From the NCBI GenBank assembly GCA_964270895.1, contig OZ185445.1: a DNA stretch of 64,000 bases. One strand, 5' to 3'. The notes beneath the pieces were generated by a model, which had not been told where the DNA came from, did not search any database, and saw nothing but the letters and a program-made list of their open reading frames with translations. The stretch comes from Podarcis filfolensis. Taxonomy: Eukaryota. A program made the position numbers and the translations under genes. Shown here piece by piece: positions 1-12,721 of this stretch; within the stretch, counting starts at the first letter, position 1, and the number at the start of each line of letters is the position of its first letter.

Positions 1-552
1 ATGTGAAGCTGTGACTGCACTTCTGTAGCTTGGTCTCTGTGTGTGATTATAATGTGTGTGAAAGAGTAAAAAAAAAAACAAAAACAAACAGCAGTGCACT
101 TAGTCCTCATCCACAGCCTCAATTCATGTTTTAGACCAGGCCTGTCCAACCTGATCAGCAACTCTGGTCTCTCCCCCTAAGAAAAGCTGAACAACTTCGA
201 CTCACCCTCCCCACAAAAAGCTCAACAACTCTGGTCAATCCAATGGGTAGTTCACTGTGAGTTTATTTATAGTTGGAGTATATCGCAGTCTCTTATAAAT
301 TGGACACCCCTGTTTTAGACCCTATGTGGCGATGCCCCGATAATTCTTACATCTTTGGCTCATTCACAGGTTCTTTTCTACAGGCAGGATAACTGCTATA
401 CCTTAAAGAGAGCTATGTACCCACGGTGGGGAACCTTTGGTTCTCCAGATGTTGCTGAACTACCACTCTCATTACCCCTGGAAATTGTAGTTCAACAACA
501 CCTGGAAAGCCAAAGATTCCCCACTCCTGCTGTGTGCTATAGGCACTTCGTC

Positions 553-615
553 CCTTTGCTGCCTTCCTCTGGACCCATTCCAGTTTATCCATTTCCTTCT
601 TAAAATGTGCTCTCG
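553..615 (-). mobile_element. Short CR1 RT remnant
   Basis: AHFKKEMDKLEWVQRKAAK resembles the CR1 motif PHFKKDIDKLERVQRRATK. Confidence 0.6.
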
Positions 616-1091
616 CTCCTCTGTAACTGTTAGAAAGCAGCAACTGTCTAGGGGTGCTGCTAAACTCCCAGAGCAGCCAAAGGAAATTCTGCCTGATGAT
701 GGCTTCATATATTCATTCCTCCTGCGTGGGAAATGGATTAATTACTTTGTACTACATTAAGGGCGGCATAAGTGATCTTCCTACACTGTGAAAATTGAAT
801 TGTGATGATGTCACACGATCATGTTATGGGCCTGTGGCAGGAATAAACTATGTACACTATGCTCCACAAATTGCAATGTATCTGCTGTTTCCTACATTGT
901 TTCTTGTTTTTGTTTTTTGTAATTAAGTTAGATCTTTATGCTATCCTTCAGTTAAACATTTCCAGTTTGATTCTAATTTGATCTCAGTTGGTGTGAAGGT
1001 CCTTACAAGAAGGGAATACTTCTGTTTAGATTATTATGGCATGGGGATCTACAAAATGATACAGCGGAACCACAAAAGCCTCAGATACAGG

Positions 1092-1539
1092 CAGTGCTGG
1101 ATTTATGTATAAGCTAAACAAGCTATAGCTTAGGGCCCAACTCTCTTGGGGCCACCCAAAAAAATTTAAAGAAAAAAAACTGGGCGTACATTTCCAAAAT
1201 AAGATAAAAACAAAAACAAAACCTACATGCAGCAACAGTGTTTTGTGTTGTGTGGGCTCCTATGATGTAAGTAATGGGCCCCGCCTGCTAGCCTGCTCCC
1301 TAAAATATCACTGGTTTGCTCCTTTCTATATATAGGGTGCCTACATTCTGCATGGACTGGTTGCATGGCAACATGCGCAAATGGCTTTAGATACCTATTA
1401 GGTCCATAAATTACCATATAGCATATATTCAATACAAAAATACAGTGACAATTTGTTGTTGACGAAGGACAGCTGAACATATAAAGGGCCCCATTACCTT
1501 CAGTAGCGTAGGGCCTCATCAAAATTAAATCTGGCCCTG
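1092..1539. mobile_element. Non-autonomous hAT (Tip100-like) element
   Basis: Imperfect TIRs CAGTGCTGGATTTA / TAAATCTGGCCCTG and a perfect 8-bp TSD GATACAGG (1084-1091 / 1540-1547). Confidence 0.85.
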
Positions 1540-1602
1540 GATACAGGCTAAATTGCATGTTAGAAGGTTCTGGTGATGGGTTTTTTAAAAAAACACCTTG
1601 AA

Positions 1603-1765
1603 GGGCCATGGCTTAGTGGTAGGGCATCTGCTTTGTATGCAGGTCAGTCCCATTTTCAGTCTCTGGCATCCCCAGGTAGAGCCCTGGAGAGCTGTTGTCA
1701 GTCACTATAGACAGTATTGAGTTTGATGGACCAATGGCCTGACTTAGCATAAGTTGGCTTCCTAG
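1603..1765 (+). mobile_element. Old tRNA-Ala-like SINE
   Basis: GGGCCATGGCTTAGTGGTAGGGCATCTGCTTTGTATGCAG head; GATGGACCAATGGCCTGACT 3' region. Reverse fragments near 25215-25280 and 29310-29440. Confidence 0.65.
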
Positions 1766-2002
1766 GTTTAACCACTGTGGTGGGAAGGGAGCAAACTGAC
1801 AAGGGGCAATGTCACTGGAGAAGAGGTTGTTTAACAATTTCCCGCACTATTTTCCTGGTTGAAATCTCTTCCTTCCGTGTGAGCTGCTGATACACTTTCA
1901 GGGCACAAAAAAAGGGGGGGGTGATCAAAATGTGTAAATACACAATAAGCACAGTTTCAAATTACAGTATTAAGAAAATTACAAATACATAAATACGCAA
2001 CA

Positions 2003-2243
2003 CAGTGGAACCCTGGTTCTCAAACAGCTTAGTTGACGAACAAATCAGAACCTGAACGCCAAAAACCCAGAAGTAAGTGTTCTGGTTTTTGAATGTTTTT
2101 CGGAACCCGAACGTCAGATGTGGTTGTTGGCTATTGCTTCCAGGGTGCCTGCACCAATCGGAACCCGCACCTTGGTTTTCAAACATTTTGGAAGCTGAAC
2201 GGACTTCCGGAACGGATTGTGTTCAAGAACCAAGGTACCACTG
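2003..2243. mobile_element. pogo/Tigger-type MITE, family B
   Basis: TIRs CAGTGGAACCCTGGTTCT / AGAACCAAGGTACCACTG. Confidence 0.8.
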
Positions 2244-3964
2244 GATCCATATCTGCAAGAACCCTCTGTAGCTAAGATAAGAGAAAATCACTAGGCAGCA
2301 CAATACAAACTCGCAACCAACATAAAAGCACACAACCACTACAACCATCTACCACCTCATACAATATATCTGCCAGCCAACAACAACAGAATCATACCAC
2401 ACATAACACACCCCAACTCATGGCAAATAACCAATCAACACTGGTGGAAGACACAAACAAACAGCAGCATCACCCTTGTGTTGGCTCTGGAGGTGGCCAT
2501 GAACTCAGTCATTGGGGGGGAAACACCTAGCAGCTCCATGTTTGTCCTCTACTTCAGCATTGCAGATGTAGCTGGTCCCAGTCATCTGCCTCTGGAGTGG
2601 AACAGTAGTCTGGATTGCAAAATGGGCTGCTTCCTACTGGCTGATCACTTTCAGCAAAGAGCTGCAAGGCTCCCACTAGAGACATGGAATTGCCATGCTT
2701 CATTCATTCATTGTTTACAGAGCATCCACATGCTACCATCGTCCAATCATCGTCCAGTTGAATTTTCTGGGTGCTGTTCCATCTCTTCTCAGATAACAAA
2801 AACTCAACGTTTTCCAAAAGAAAATAATAGCAGCGCAATCTCCACAGATGCAGATGCCTTTAGCATTTCTCTTCCAAAAAAATTCAAAGGGTCGACAGCG
2901 AACCTATCACAGCTCAGGACACCTTCAGTATAATATTATAACATTTTAATCTTTTAATTATCACTAAAATACTTTTTCTGATTATATATTTTTTGAAAGA
3001 AAGATTAAAAAACAAATTCTTTTTCAGTCACTGCTGTTAATCCTGTTGCTAAAATGGCAGTGAACAAAAATGTGTTGTTTTTTTAAACACACCTCAGCAC
3101 TATTGTAGCATAGTGTCATAGCACCACAGTAAATTACTATTATAACTCTGTGGTGTTTTAGTGCTACACATTTCTTTTGCTATATATAAATATTTTAGTG
3201 TTCATTTAAAATATTGATTTTTTAAAAAGTAAATAAATGAGGGTCATAAATGGCACCCATCTCAAGGCTTATAGTACATGTGTGCAGAATTTCAAGTGCC
3301 CCCGCCTACAAGCTCTATGTCATGCCCATGGGTGTGAGTGGAATAAAGCAGGGTGCACAGTTATCTATTTTAGTTATTAAATTTGTATCCCACACGTCCT
3401 CCCAAAGGAGTCCAGGGTGGGAAGCCCACAAGTGATAAAACATCTAAAAACAATTGCAGTATAGATCCAGTCTAGGAAACATCTCTCTATAAAAGGTTGG
3501 TTGGAAGAGGAAGGAAAGTGACGGATTGGGTACATAAGGGGTTAGATAATCTGTCAGGTATCCTGTCCCCAAACTACATAAGGCTTTATACACCAAAACC
3601 AGCACATTGAACTTAGTCCGGTAGATGCTAAATACTCTGAATTACGTTCTGAAGTATGATGCTTTTTTATTTTAAAGCATTCTAGGCCCACTTAATTTCC
3701 CAATGGAACTCAAACTGGCTTAACCAATCAGATCGTCACAGAATAAACACCAATAGCCACCCCCACCCCCCAAATTAAACCCAATCAGAACAGGCATGTA
3801 AGAAGCAAAACAAAACTCGCATATTCCAAAGCACTAGTCATAAACTCTCGACAACAAAAAGATCATTCAGTCCAAAGGCCCTTTTCAAAAAGCCAGGTCT
3901 TCATCAACCGCCTGAAGAAATATGATGATAGCTCATTGGGACACACAGGGCAGAAGATTGGGAG

Positions 3965-4200
3965 ACCACCAGTAGGCGGAGCCAGAACCAACAGCAGGTA
4001 GAGTTATAACTAATTCTAGTTTTATTCGCCATCTTCCTCCCTGTTGAGTTCTACAAGGATGTCCCTGAGATTAAGGAGGAGGAATCAGAGGCAGTGCCAC
4101 CCACTGGATTGGAGGTCAGTAAGAAATCAGGAATTTGAGGAACGGCTGAAGGCAGAAGTTGATGAAGCAGTGCCTCATTTGACACAATGGACCAGTTCCA
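3965..4200 (+). repeat. Unidentified dispersed repeat (second copy at about 13570-13900)
   Basis: Shared blocks CCAGTAGGC.GAGCCAGAACCAA, CTGAGTTCTACAAGG, GAGATTAAGGA, AATGGACCAG. Confidence 0.65.
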
Positions 4201-6254
4201 ATGCATGACTACTTTTTCCTCTTCGTCTTCTACAAAAGACACACAAAGCATCTCATACAGGTATTTTACAATGTTCTAATTGACGTGCTGGATTATTTGC
4301 TTTGTTCCAGATCTCCATAAAATGAATTATTATCAGGCACAAAAGTAAGGTAATATACCTGTGATAAAACACTATGTGCTTGTGAAAAAAAGATCAGGGG
4401 CATGAAGTTTATTGTACACACTGAAGCTTTTCTACTTTCTAAAAGACCCAGATTTCTTCCTGCTTGGAAAATAAACAGAAACTCTACCCATTAAGCTTGT
4501 ACAAATTTCTCATGGGCCCCAGTTTGTAATCCTTGGCTACAGAAAGGAGCTGTGGTGCCACAGTTCAATGAAAACGCAACTCTTGTCTTATTCTCCCAGC
4601 CACACATGAATGTAATCTTTTTACAGACTGCCCCTCTGCCAAAACAGTAACCATGCCATTCTGGGTTCCCTTGCTTTCCAGGAAGCGCCGCTTATTCCGC
4701 TCTGAATTCATATTGCTAATTGAAAACAGTGTTTCCCAAACTGCATTCCAGAAAATTCAAGCTGCCAAGGAAACCCCAATCAGGGGTTCCTGAAAGAAAA
4801 GTTCAGTAACTGTGGACAAACTATCTGAAAGGACAATTTTGCATCACTACTGACCATTCTCTTCAATATCTGACTGCAGACTGTTCTTGCGCACATGTAA
4901 CACTATCAGTTGCTGCACTTCTGTTAGCAAAGCCATGGTTTGGCTTAGCACACCATCCAAACCGTGAGCCATGACCAATGTTTGTTCTTGGTCTACAAGG
5001 TCCACCATTTGAAGGACTGTCGGAAGACAGCCCTCTACTTTAAAGCATCCTTTATTTCAGGGATGGGGAACATGTGGTTCTCCAGGTGTTGTTGGACTAC
5101 AACTCCCATCATTGCTGATCTCTGACCATGCTGGCTGGGGACGGTGGGAGTCTGGAGGGCCACAAGTTCCCTAACCCTGCTCTGTTTAAACAGGGATGTC
5201 CTGTTTAAGTCAGATTTAAACATAAGGATCCATAAGAAAAGAGAGCAGGGCTGCTGAATTTGCTTCTCAAAAGTTAGCACCCAGAGAGCCAATTGAGGAG
5301 ACACACAGGTCACCTAGTCTTGTCTTCCCCATTATTGTGAGACATACTATACATCTATTTAAATTATAGCAATGGTTTCTAAATTTGCATCTATACATAG
5401 AAATTTGAATACGGAATTTTTATGCAAATCTTGTCCTCTTTTCTTGTGAGGCAAAGTGGCTGCCCTATCAAGGGAAGCCCTGCTGTAAGCAAAATGATCT
5501 CAGCAGGGTAAAAGAGTGAGGCCTTTAAAAGATCCAGTAATGTGTGACTATGCCCCCCCCCCCCCGGTTTGAGTGTCGATTACTAATTCTGGGGGGCAGA
5601 ACAGAAAGCGGAGTTTGCGGGACAAAATGGCACCAAACCAGAACTTTGGCACCAGTTTGCAGTCAATCAGACAAGGTTGGTCCCCAGTTTGAGTGCCAGT
5701 GACTTACTTTGCAGGGGGGGGGGCGGTGTGTGTGCACAAAATGTGGGTTTTGTGGCACAAAACTTTGGTGCCTCTTTGGAGACCATCAGACAAGATTGGA
5801 TTTTTTGGCATTAACTTGTGACCCCGATTTGCTGTGTAAATTCCTCAGTTTGGGGTGGGGGCATGAAACGCAGGGTTCACGGCACAAAACTAGCACTAAA
5901 CTTTGGCATCAGATTGGGGGGCATCTGAAATTTCGGGGTCACGCTTTAGGCGAACTGCCTTTACATTGCCTCTTTACGCTGCCTCTTTACGCTGTGGATT
6001 CCCTTTTAAGAAAGTGCATCAACAGTTCTCATTTTGATGAGGTTTTAATCTTCCATAAGGAGGTAGTCTTTTTTTTTTTAAGGCTATTATGTTTCTAAAG
6101 AAATAGGATTCTGGAGGCTGAATCAATGTTATTGCAAATCTAAGACAGCTATCTGTTTGCTTGCTTCTTTTCCTCCTCCCTTCACAGTATTTCCAGTAAC
6201 GATCTCAAAGGTGGAGCCAGCTTATTTCTATCCCTGCCACCACTTCACCCAGTC

Positions 6255-6533
6255 TCCCTCATTGCGAGAAGCAAAGCTACAGGGAACCAGGCAGAGGGCC
6301 TTCTCGGTAGTGGCGCCTGCCCTGTGGAACGCCCTTCCAGCAGATGTCAAAGCGATAAACAACTACCTGACATTCAGAAGACATCTTAAGGCAGCCCTGT
6401 TCAGGGAAGTTTTTAACGTGTGATATTTTACTGTATTTTTGGTTTTTATGGAAGCCGCCCAGAGTGGCTGGGGAGGCCCAGCCAGATGGGCGGGGTATAA
6501 ATAATAAATGATTATTATATTATTATTATTATT
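6255..6533 (+). mobile_element. L2 LINE 3' end (same subfamily as 10860-11716)
   Basis: Near-identical to 11445-11716 (AGGGCCTTCTCGGTAGTGGCGCC...GCCCAGCCAGATGGGCGGGGTATAAATAA). Confidence 0.88.
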
Positions 6534-7185
6534 GTGCCACTAGGCAGAAAAGCATATCTCAAAGCTCATTGTTCCATGGGTCACCAACTCTTTGTTTGCA
6601 TGTAGGAGGTCTCAGGAAATACAGGCTTCTAAGTGGCCTCTTAACAGTTCTTAGCAAGAATCTTTTAAAGTTCGGATTTGTTTACTTTGCATTTCCCCCT
6701 ATTCAGAAAGCCACAAGGGCAGTTCCAGCGATTGAACATTAATCTTGCTTCCTGATCTTTTCTTCTGACAGACTTGCAAATAAAAGGTTCCCATCACTTT
6801 CCTTTCTAAACAGGGGATGCCATGTTTATCATTTGTCCTCAGGTAGAGATGCAAAAACAAACATACAGGCATCTTACCGTATCGTCCCTTTCGTCATTTC
6901 CCCCAATCTCTGGCATGCAAGTCTACCACCGATTTTTTATTTTAAGGCTCTTGTGTTAACACACATCTCTGTTGGGTACCTTGGTGTGTGAACCTGCCAC
7001 CCACTTTCCCCTTTAAACACACCTCCTACCTAAAGAGGAGGGGAATCTTTCCCCAGAGATAAACCAGGCAATGTCCTTGAACATTACTGAATTAAATTTT
7101 AATATGGCACGTTCACATATGAGGGTTCCAAAAGACATGTGTGCAACACTTAGGGGTCATTCAGACTTCCTTCTGTGCCATGTTT

Positions 7186-7944
7186 CCAGGCACAGGTTTG
7201 GGCTTTAAAGCTCCATGTCTGAGGATTTTTATTTTTGGTCCCAGTGCTTTCCCTGGGAAAACCTGCATAAAAACTGGGAAAAACTGTCTGCAGACAAATG
7301 TCGGCTCCCTTGGCCTGTAAAGCGAGACGAGCGCCGCAACCCCAGAGTCGTCTGCGACTGGACTTAACCATCAGGGGTCCTTTACCTTTACCTTTTTGGG
7401 ATGCGGGTGGCGCTGTGGTCTAAACCACTGAGTCTCTTGGGCTTGCCAATCAGAAGGTCGGCAGTTTGAATCCCCACGACAGGGTGAGCTCCCGTTGCTC
7501 AGTCCCTGCTCCTGTCAACCTAGCAGTTCAAAAGCATGCCAAAAAGTACAAGTAGATAAAATAGGTACCGCTCCGGCAGGAAGGTAAACGACGTTTCCGT
7601 GCACTGCTCTGGTTTCGGTGTTCCATTGCACCAGAAGCGGCTTAGTCATGCTGGCCACGTGACCCGGAAAAACTGTCTGTGGACAAACGCTGGCTCCCTC
7701 GGCCTGTAAAGCAAGATGAGCGCTGCAACCCCAGAGTTGCCTGCAACTGGACTTAACTGTCAGGGGTCCTTTACCTTTATCTTTTTACAGCTGAATCGGA
7801 GCACATGGAAACCGACTTTTCCATGGATATCTGCTCCAATTCAGCAGTAAAATGCAGGTTTTCCCAGGGGAAAGCACCAGAACAACAAGCGAAAACATAA
7901 AAACCACTCCGACACAGAGCATTAAATCACAGAGCTGTGCCTGG
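7186..7944. repeat. Foldback (palindromic) element interrupted by Sauria SINEs
   Basis: 7186-7268 is the reverse complement of about 7852-7944; the central palindrome is at 7790-7846. Confidence 0.75.
7398..7788 (+). mobile_element. Sauria SINE (full length), preceded by a 3' fragment at about 7274-7394
   Basis: tRNA-like head GGGATGCGGGTGGCGCTGTGG..., box-B-like GTTTGAATCC, (ACCTTT)n tail. Confidence 0.92.
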
Positions 7945-9859
7945 ACAGTGCAATGCAAGAGCGAGTGTGGCTACGCCCTTCCTTACACACGACAGTAATT
8001 CTGATGGCATGATCCCACAAAGGTTGGAAGCAAATAACACCAACACACACACACACAACTTTGCAAGTTCCAGTCTCATCTAGGAATGCATGAGCATTCC
8101 TAACTTTGACCTGAAATAGTGAAGTCTATTCAAGTACCTTCAAGAAACTAGCTAGAACCTTCCTTTGTTGCAGTATCTCCTTTCCCTTTCCCTCCCAAGG
8201 GCCCGGAAGGGGAAATCCTCAAATCCCCAAATGAAAAGTAATACTATTTGCATCCCTTTCTACATTTGAACCTCCAGGCCAAAAGTTTTCCCCACCCCTG
8301 CTTTAGATGCTGCAATCCCCACTTGCAGCTCTCCATTTAATCCATGCCAAGGCATCAATGTGTAGCTCTCAGCTTCATTCTTGCCCAGACAGGACTCCAG
8401 CATATGTGACAGTACAACTTATTCAATTTTTTTAAAGGATTTTTATTTATACAGCCAAGAAAGAAGAACAATGCCAGAGGAAATAGTCCTATGTAAACTA
8501 ACCACATATAGCTTTAGTACGGAGGACATCCCTTTCATGCCATCAAAGACAACAAAAAATATGAAAGAAGCACTCCCAAGATATTTTTCTGCCTGCCTTT
8601 TGCACTGTTCGTGCCATGATGCGCTCAGAGGAAAAACCTGCAATGTAGCACATTACTTTCCAAAGTATTTGATCTAAAGGCCCATTTTCAAATTATGTAG
8701 ATGATGCTTTTTGAAGCACAGCATGTTTAAAATACATTTTTAACAGAGCCCAGTAGGGTTCAAATTGCAGTCAGCTGCAGTGTTTTTGCAGGAAAGCAAA
8801 GTGCAGATGCGATAGAACCACACATCAAGTGAAATGTTATTATATTAACAACAGCTAGATTGCAGAGTAACATTAGTGTTCATTTTGTTTTAATATCTTG
8901 TTTCCAAAATCAGGTATTTCCACTAAAAATGATTGGTATATCCATGTGGCCTAAAAAGAAGGAACGGAACATTTGAAGTCAGCATATTTAGGGAAATATG
9001 CCTCTCTGGGTAGGTGCATGCTGCCACACATGCATGCCTACCAATGCCTAGATGAAACATGGGACACCCGTACCGAAATCTTGACCCAAATGTCCAAATT
9101 TGCCAGGATGTTGGGTCTGCATGCAGCTTCCCTGTGGGGTGAGCCTTTGAGAGCAGCAACTCACCACTTCTAAGCTGGAAGTAGGGAAACTTCCTTCCGC
9201 TCCATGGGCCAGATCCTTATCAGGATCAGCCTCATAGGTCGGCTTTGACAGGTGTGCCTGGAAGGGCCGGTCATTGTTTCCGCAGGAATGCTGCTGCAAA
9301 CTCCTGCCAGAATCAGGAAAGGGCTTTGCATTGGACTCCCCTGTTGAAATGGTGTCCATGCAGACCCTAACTGAGCAGGATTTAACCCCCGCTCATCAGC
9401 TGATGATTGGGGGTTGAATCCTGCTGAACTCATCTGTACCCTGCTCGACACAGCCAATACAGGATTTTACTCCATCCTCTTGCCCATCATGAGTGATGTC
9501 AGCTGATGGCTGGGTGAGTGTGGTTTGCGGAATATGGTCTTGCGAGTCAAATTAGACCCCATTGGTGGGCCAAGACTGGCCCACAGACCAGCTATTGCCC
9601 ACCTCTGTTCTCAGTGAAGTACCCTCAAGCCATATACTGGCTCCATCCATGCAGGCTGGCCAATGAGACGAGTATAAAGGGGGTTCCTGTTTCAGCTGTT
9701 GTAAAAGACTTATTCAGCAAGCTCAATAAGACTTATTGGGCGCTGGCTTCGGAGGTGGGTACGCAGTGTGCTCGGAACCAAGCGCTGGCGCTGGCTTGGG
9801 GAGCAGGGCACCAAGCGCCAGCTACCCCCTGTTCAGGGCGGTAGAGCCAGGAGGCAGGC

Positions 9860-9937
9860 CGCACCCGCAAATAAGCCTTGAATTTTAAAGCTGGGGCTTA
9901 TTTGTGGGTGCGTCTTATATTCAGGCCAATATGGTAT
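9860..9937. mobile_element. Right end of a mariner-type MITE
   Basis: Sub-terminal hairpin CGCACCCGCAAATAAGCC / GGCTTATTTGTGGGTGCG followed by TCTTATATTCAGGCCAATATGGTA; the left TIR was not found. Confidence 0.55.
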
Positions 9938-10255
9938 TTTGCCTATTTCCATGGTGCGATTTTGCTAAAATCTAGGGGTGTCTGAGGAGCTCATTCTTTG
10001 CAAATCTTGGTGCAAACTATGCTAATCCTCGACTCCCAGACTAATGTGCAGATCAGGAAGCCGCTACCCATTGGATTTCATGCTCTTCCCAATGTTTTCA
10101 TGCATTTCTCAAGAGACGGTGCACTTGGTGGAGAGAGAACACATTTTGGAAATGTGTCTTTTGTGAGAAAGTAGTATTTAAATATGTGTTTATTACAACA
10201 ACAAAAATCATGAAGCTTTTCATAAAACTCAGATCAAAAGTAGAATAGCACAGAC

Positions 10256-10397
10256 TTAGAATCGTAGAGTTGGAAGGGACCACAAGGGTCATCTAGTCCA
10301 ACCCCCTGAAATGCAAGAATTTTCAGCCCAACATGGGGCTCAAACCCACAGCCCTGAGATGAAGAGTCTCATGCTCTACCAACTGAGCTATCCCAGC
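10256..10397 (-). mobile_element. tRNA-head / CR1-tail SINE
   Basis: GCTGGGATAGCTCAGTTGGTAGAGCATG head and GGGGTTGGACTAGATGACC...CCCTTCCAACTCTACGATTCT CR1-like tail. Confidence 0.8.
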
Positions 10398-10859
10398 TTG
10401 GCTTGTAAATGAACACATGCAAAAACCGACACAGGATGGAAATAGTCTGAGTTCTCCACCCCAACCAAAAAACGTAAGCGGTTTATGGGCCACTCCTCAC
10501 ACAAGAAATGACTTTTAAACTTTAACCAAGGATATCTAGTTTCTGTTACTAAAAGCAGGGGCATTCCATCTCAGCAGGCCCACGTGAACTCCATGTGCAA
10601 CATTCAAAACACTGACAGGCGAGGAGCATTCGCTCCATAAATTTATATAGGAAAACAAGCTTTTCAAGACTACAAGAACAGATGCAAAGGAACTTCTAAC
10701 ATCGTTAGAATGTTAGCATCGTTAGCATGAAACATTTGGCTCAGTTTGCATAATTAGGCAGTTTGGCTGAACCTGTAGTAGCACAGAAAAACCAGAGGAG
10801 GAAGAAAGTGACTACCATCTCCATTCTGGGAGACTGTTCACTCATGCTAACCTATGGTT

Positions 10860-11716
10860 GGAGGATGGATGGCAGCTAACAGATTGAGGTTGAATCCTGA
10901 CAAGACAGAAGTACTGTTTCTGGGGGACAGGAGGCGGGTGGGTGTGGAAGACTTCCTGGTCCTGAATGGGGTAACTGTGCCCCTGAAGGACCAGGTGCGC
11001 TGCCTGGGAGTCATTCTAGACTCAAAGCTGTCCATGGAGGCGCAGGTCAATTCGGTGTCCAGGGCAGCTGTTTATCAGCTCCATCTGGTACGCAGGCTGA
11101 GACCGTGGACTGTCTCGCCAGAGTGGTGCATGCTCTGGTTATCTCTCGCTTGGACTACTGCAGTGCGCTCTATGTGGGGCTACCTTTGAAGGTGGCCCGG
11201 AAACTACAACTAATCCAGAATGCTGCAGCTAGACTGGTGACTGGGGGCGGCTGCCGAGACCATATAACACTGGTTTTGAAAGATCTACACTGGCTCCCAG
11301 TACATTTCCGAGCACAATTCAAAGTGTTGGTGCTGACCTTTAAAGCCCTAAACGGCCTCGGTCCTGTATACCTGAAGGAGCGTCTCCACCTCCATCGTTC
11401 TGCCAGGACACTGAGGTCCAGCGCGCCGAGGGCCTTCTGGCGGTTCCCTCGCTGCAAGAAGCCAAGTTACAGGGAACCAGGCAAAGGGCCTTCTTGGTAG
11501 TGGCACCCGCCCTGTGGAACGCCCTCCTACCAGATGTCAAAGAGAAAAATAACTACCAAACTTTTAGAAGACATCTAAAGGCAGCCCAGTTTAGGGAAGC
11601 TTTTAATGTTTAATAGATTATTGTATTTTAGTGTTTTGTTGGAAGCGCCCAGAGTGGCTGGGGGGACCCAGCCAGATGGGCGGGGTATAAATAACAGATT
11701 ATTATTATATTATTAT
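10860..11716 (+). mobile_element. L2 LINE 3' fragment
   Basis: RT C-terminus LRLNPDKTEV...SRLDYC...LQLIQNAAARL...LHWLPV; ends ATAAATAA-(ATT)n. Possible 7-bp TSD TATGGTT. An internal frameshift is present. Confidence 0.9.
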
Positions 11717-12721
11717 TATGGTTTGGCTTAGTGTGGTGAACAAACCAGGTCAAGGTCTGGGAGAAATTTCTTTATCTGCTAATTTAATTTATACCTTACC
11801 CTCCCATCAAAACAGGTCTGCAAGATGGCTTACAAATGGATAAAACCCAAGGCATGCAATCTTTAAAATGTCAAGATACGAAACGTATCGGAAGAGTTGT
11901 TCCATATGTACATGTTTTTATATATCACATGCCCCAGGACATGCCCAGCACTCCATTTCAGCTGTCCCCTAGGCAGGAACATCTACTTAAAGAGCGAAAG
12001 GGTTAGGAATTTTAAAAGCTTAACAACGCAGGAAAAGGTCCAGTATGGCAGTGAAACTGTACACAAATCTCAGCAGAAAATGTCATTTTAACATCCTTCC
12101 TTCCTTAACCTATCTGTAGCACTTTAGAACTTCAGTTTTAAAAACACACAAATATCACATTCACATGAATCATCATGGTTATTTATTGCCATTAAACTCA
12201 CTAGCCAAGGCTAAAGGGGAAGAGACAACTTAAGACAAATATGAGAACGTTATAGATCATTTCGGCTGTCTCAGTCCTGCAGTAAAAACTTTTAATGTGT
12301 TCCCATCCTTCATCTTTCCAGCCCAGGTTTTATTGGTTTGGATTATTTTTGCGTAGGTTTCAACGCTGTACCAAGCTGTACCTTTTGCCTTTGTAATAAA
12401 GAAGCACTTTCCTTTTTAAACTGCAGCTATGAAACTTTGTTGCTTCAACAGGCAAATCAGTTAAATAAGCTAATAGAGTAATAATATCTCTGTTAAACTT
12501 CTGTCTGCCTCCAGAGCAAATTTGCTGCTCTGTAAACCTTCCTGGAGTTGAAACCGACTACAACTTGGCTTAAAATCATTGGATCAAACAGGGGAAAGAT
12601 CCACACCATGCATTTAAAGACCATCCAATGCACATTTAAAGCACATCCCCCAAACTCTGGGAACCGTAGTACTGGGAATTGTAGGCCTGTAAGAAAAGTC
12701 AAATGCTTAAAATATCCTTTA

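Noticed and set aside
9313-9398. Possible C/D snoRNA (TGATGA...CTGA on the minus strand)
   Set aside because: The box C lies within a self-palindrome and there is no terminal stem.
9048-9457. Two ORFs of 95-103 aa on the minus strand
   Set aside because: No recognisable domain, no splice-compatible boundaries, and they overlap palindromic repeat relics.
10330-10397. tRNA-like A/B boxes (also at 1603, 19030, 27750 and the SINE heads)
   Set aside because: They are SINE heads joined to LINE-like tails; no complete cloverleaf.
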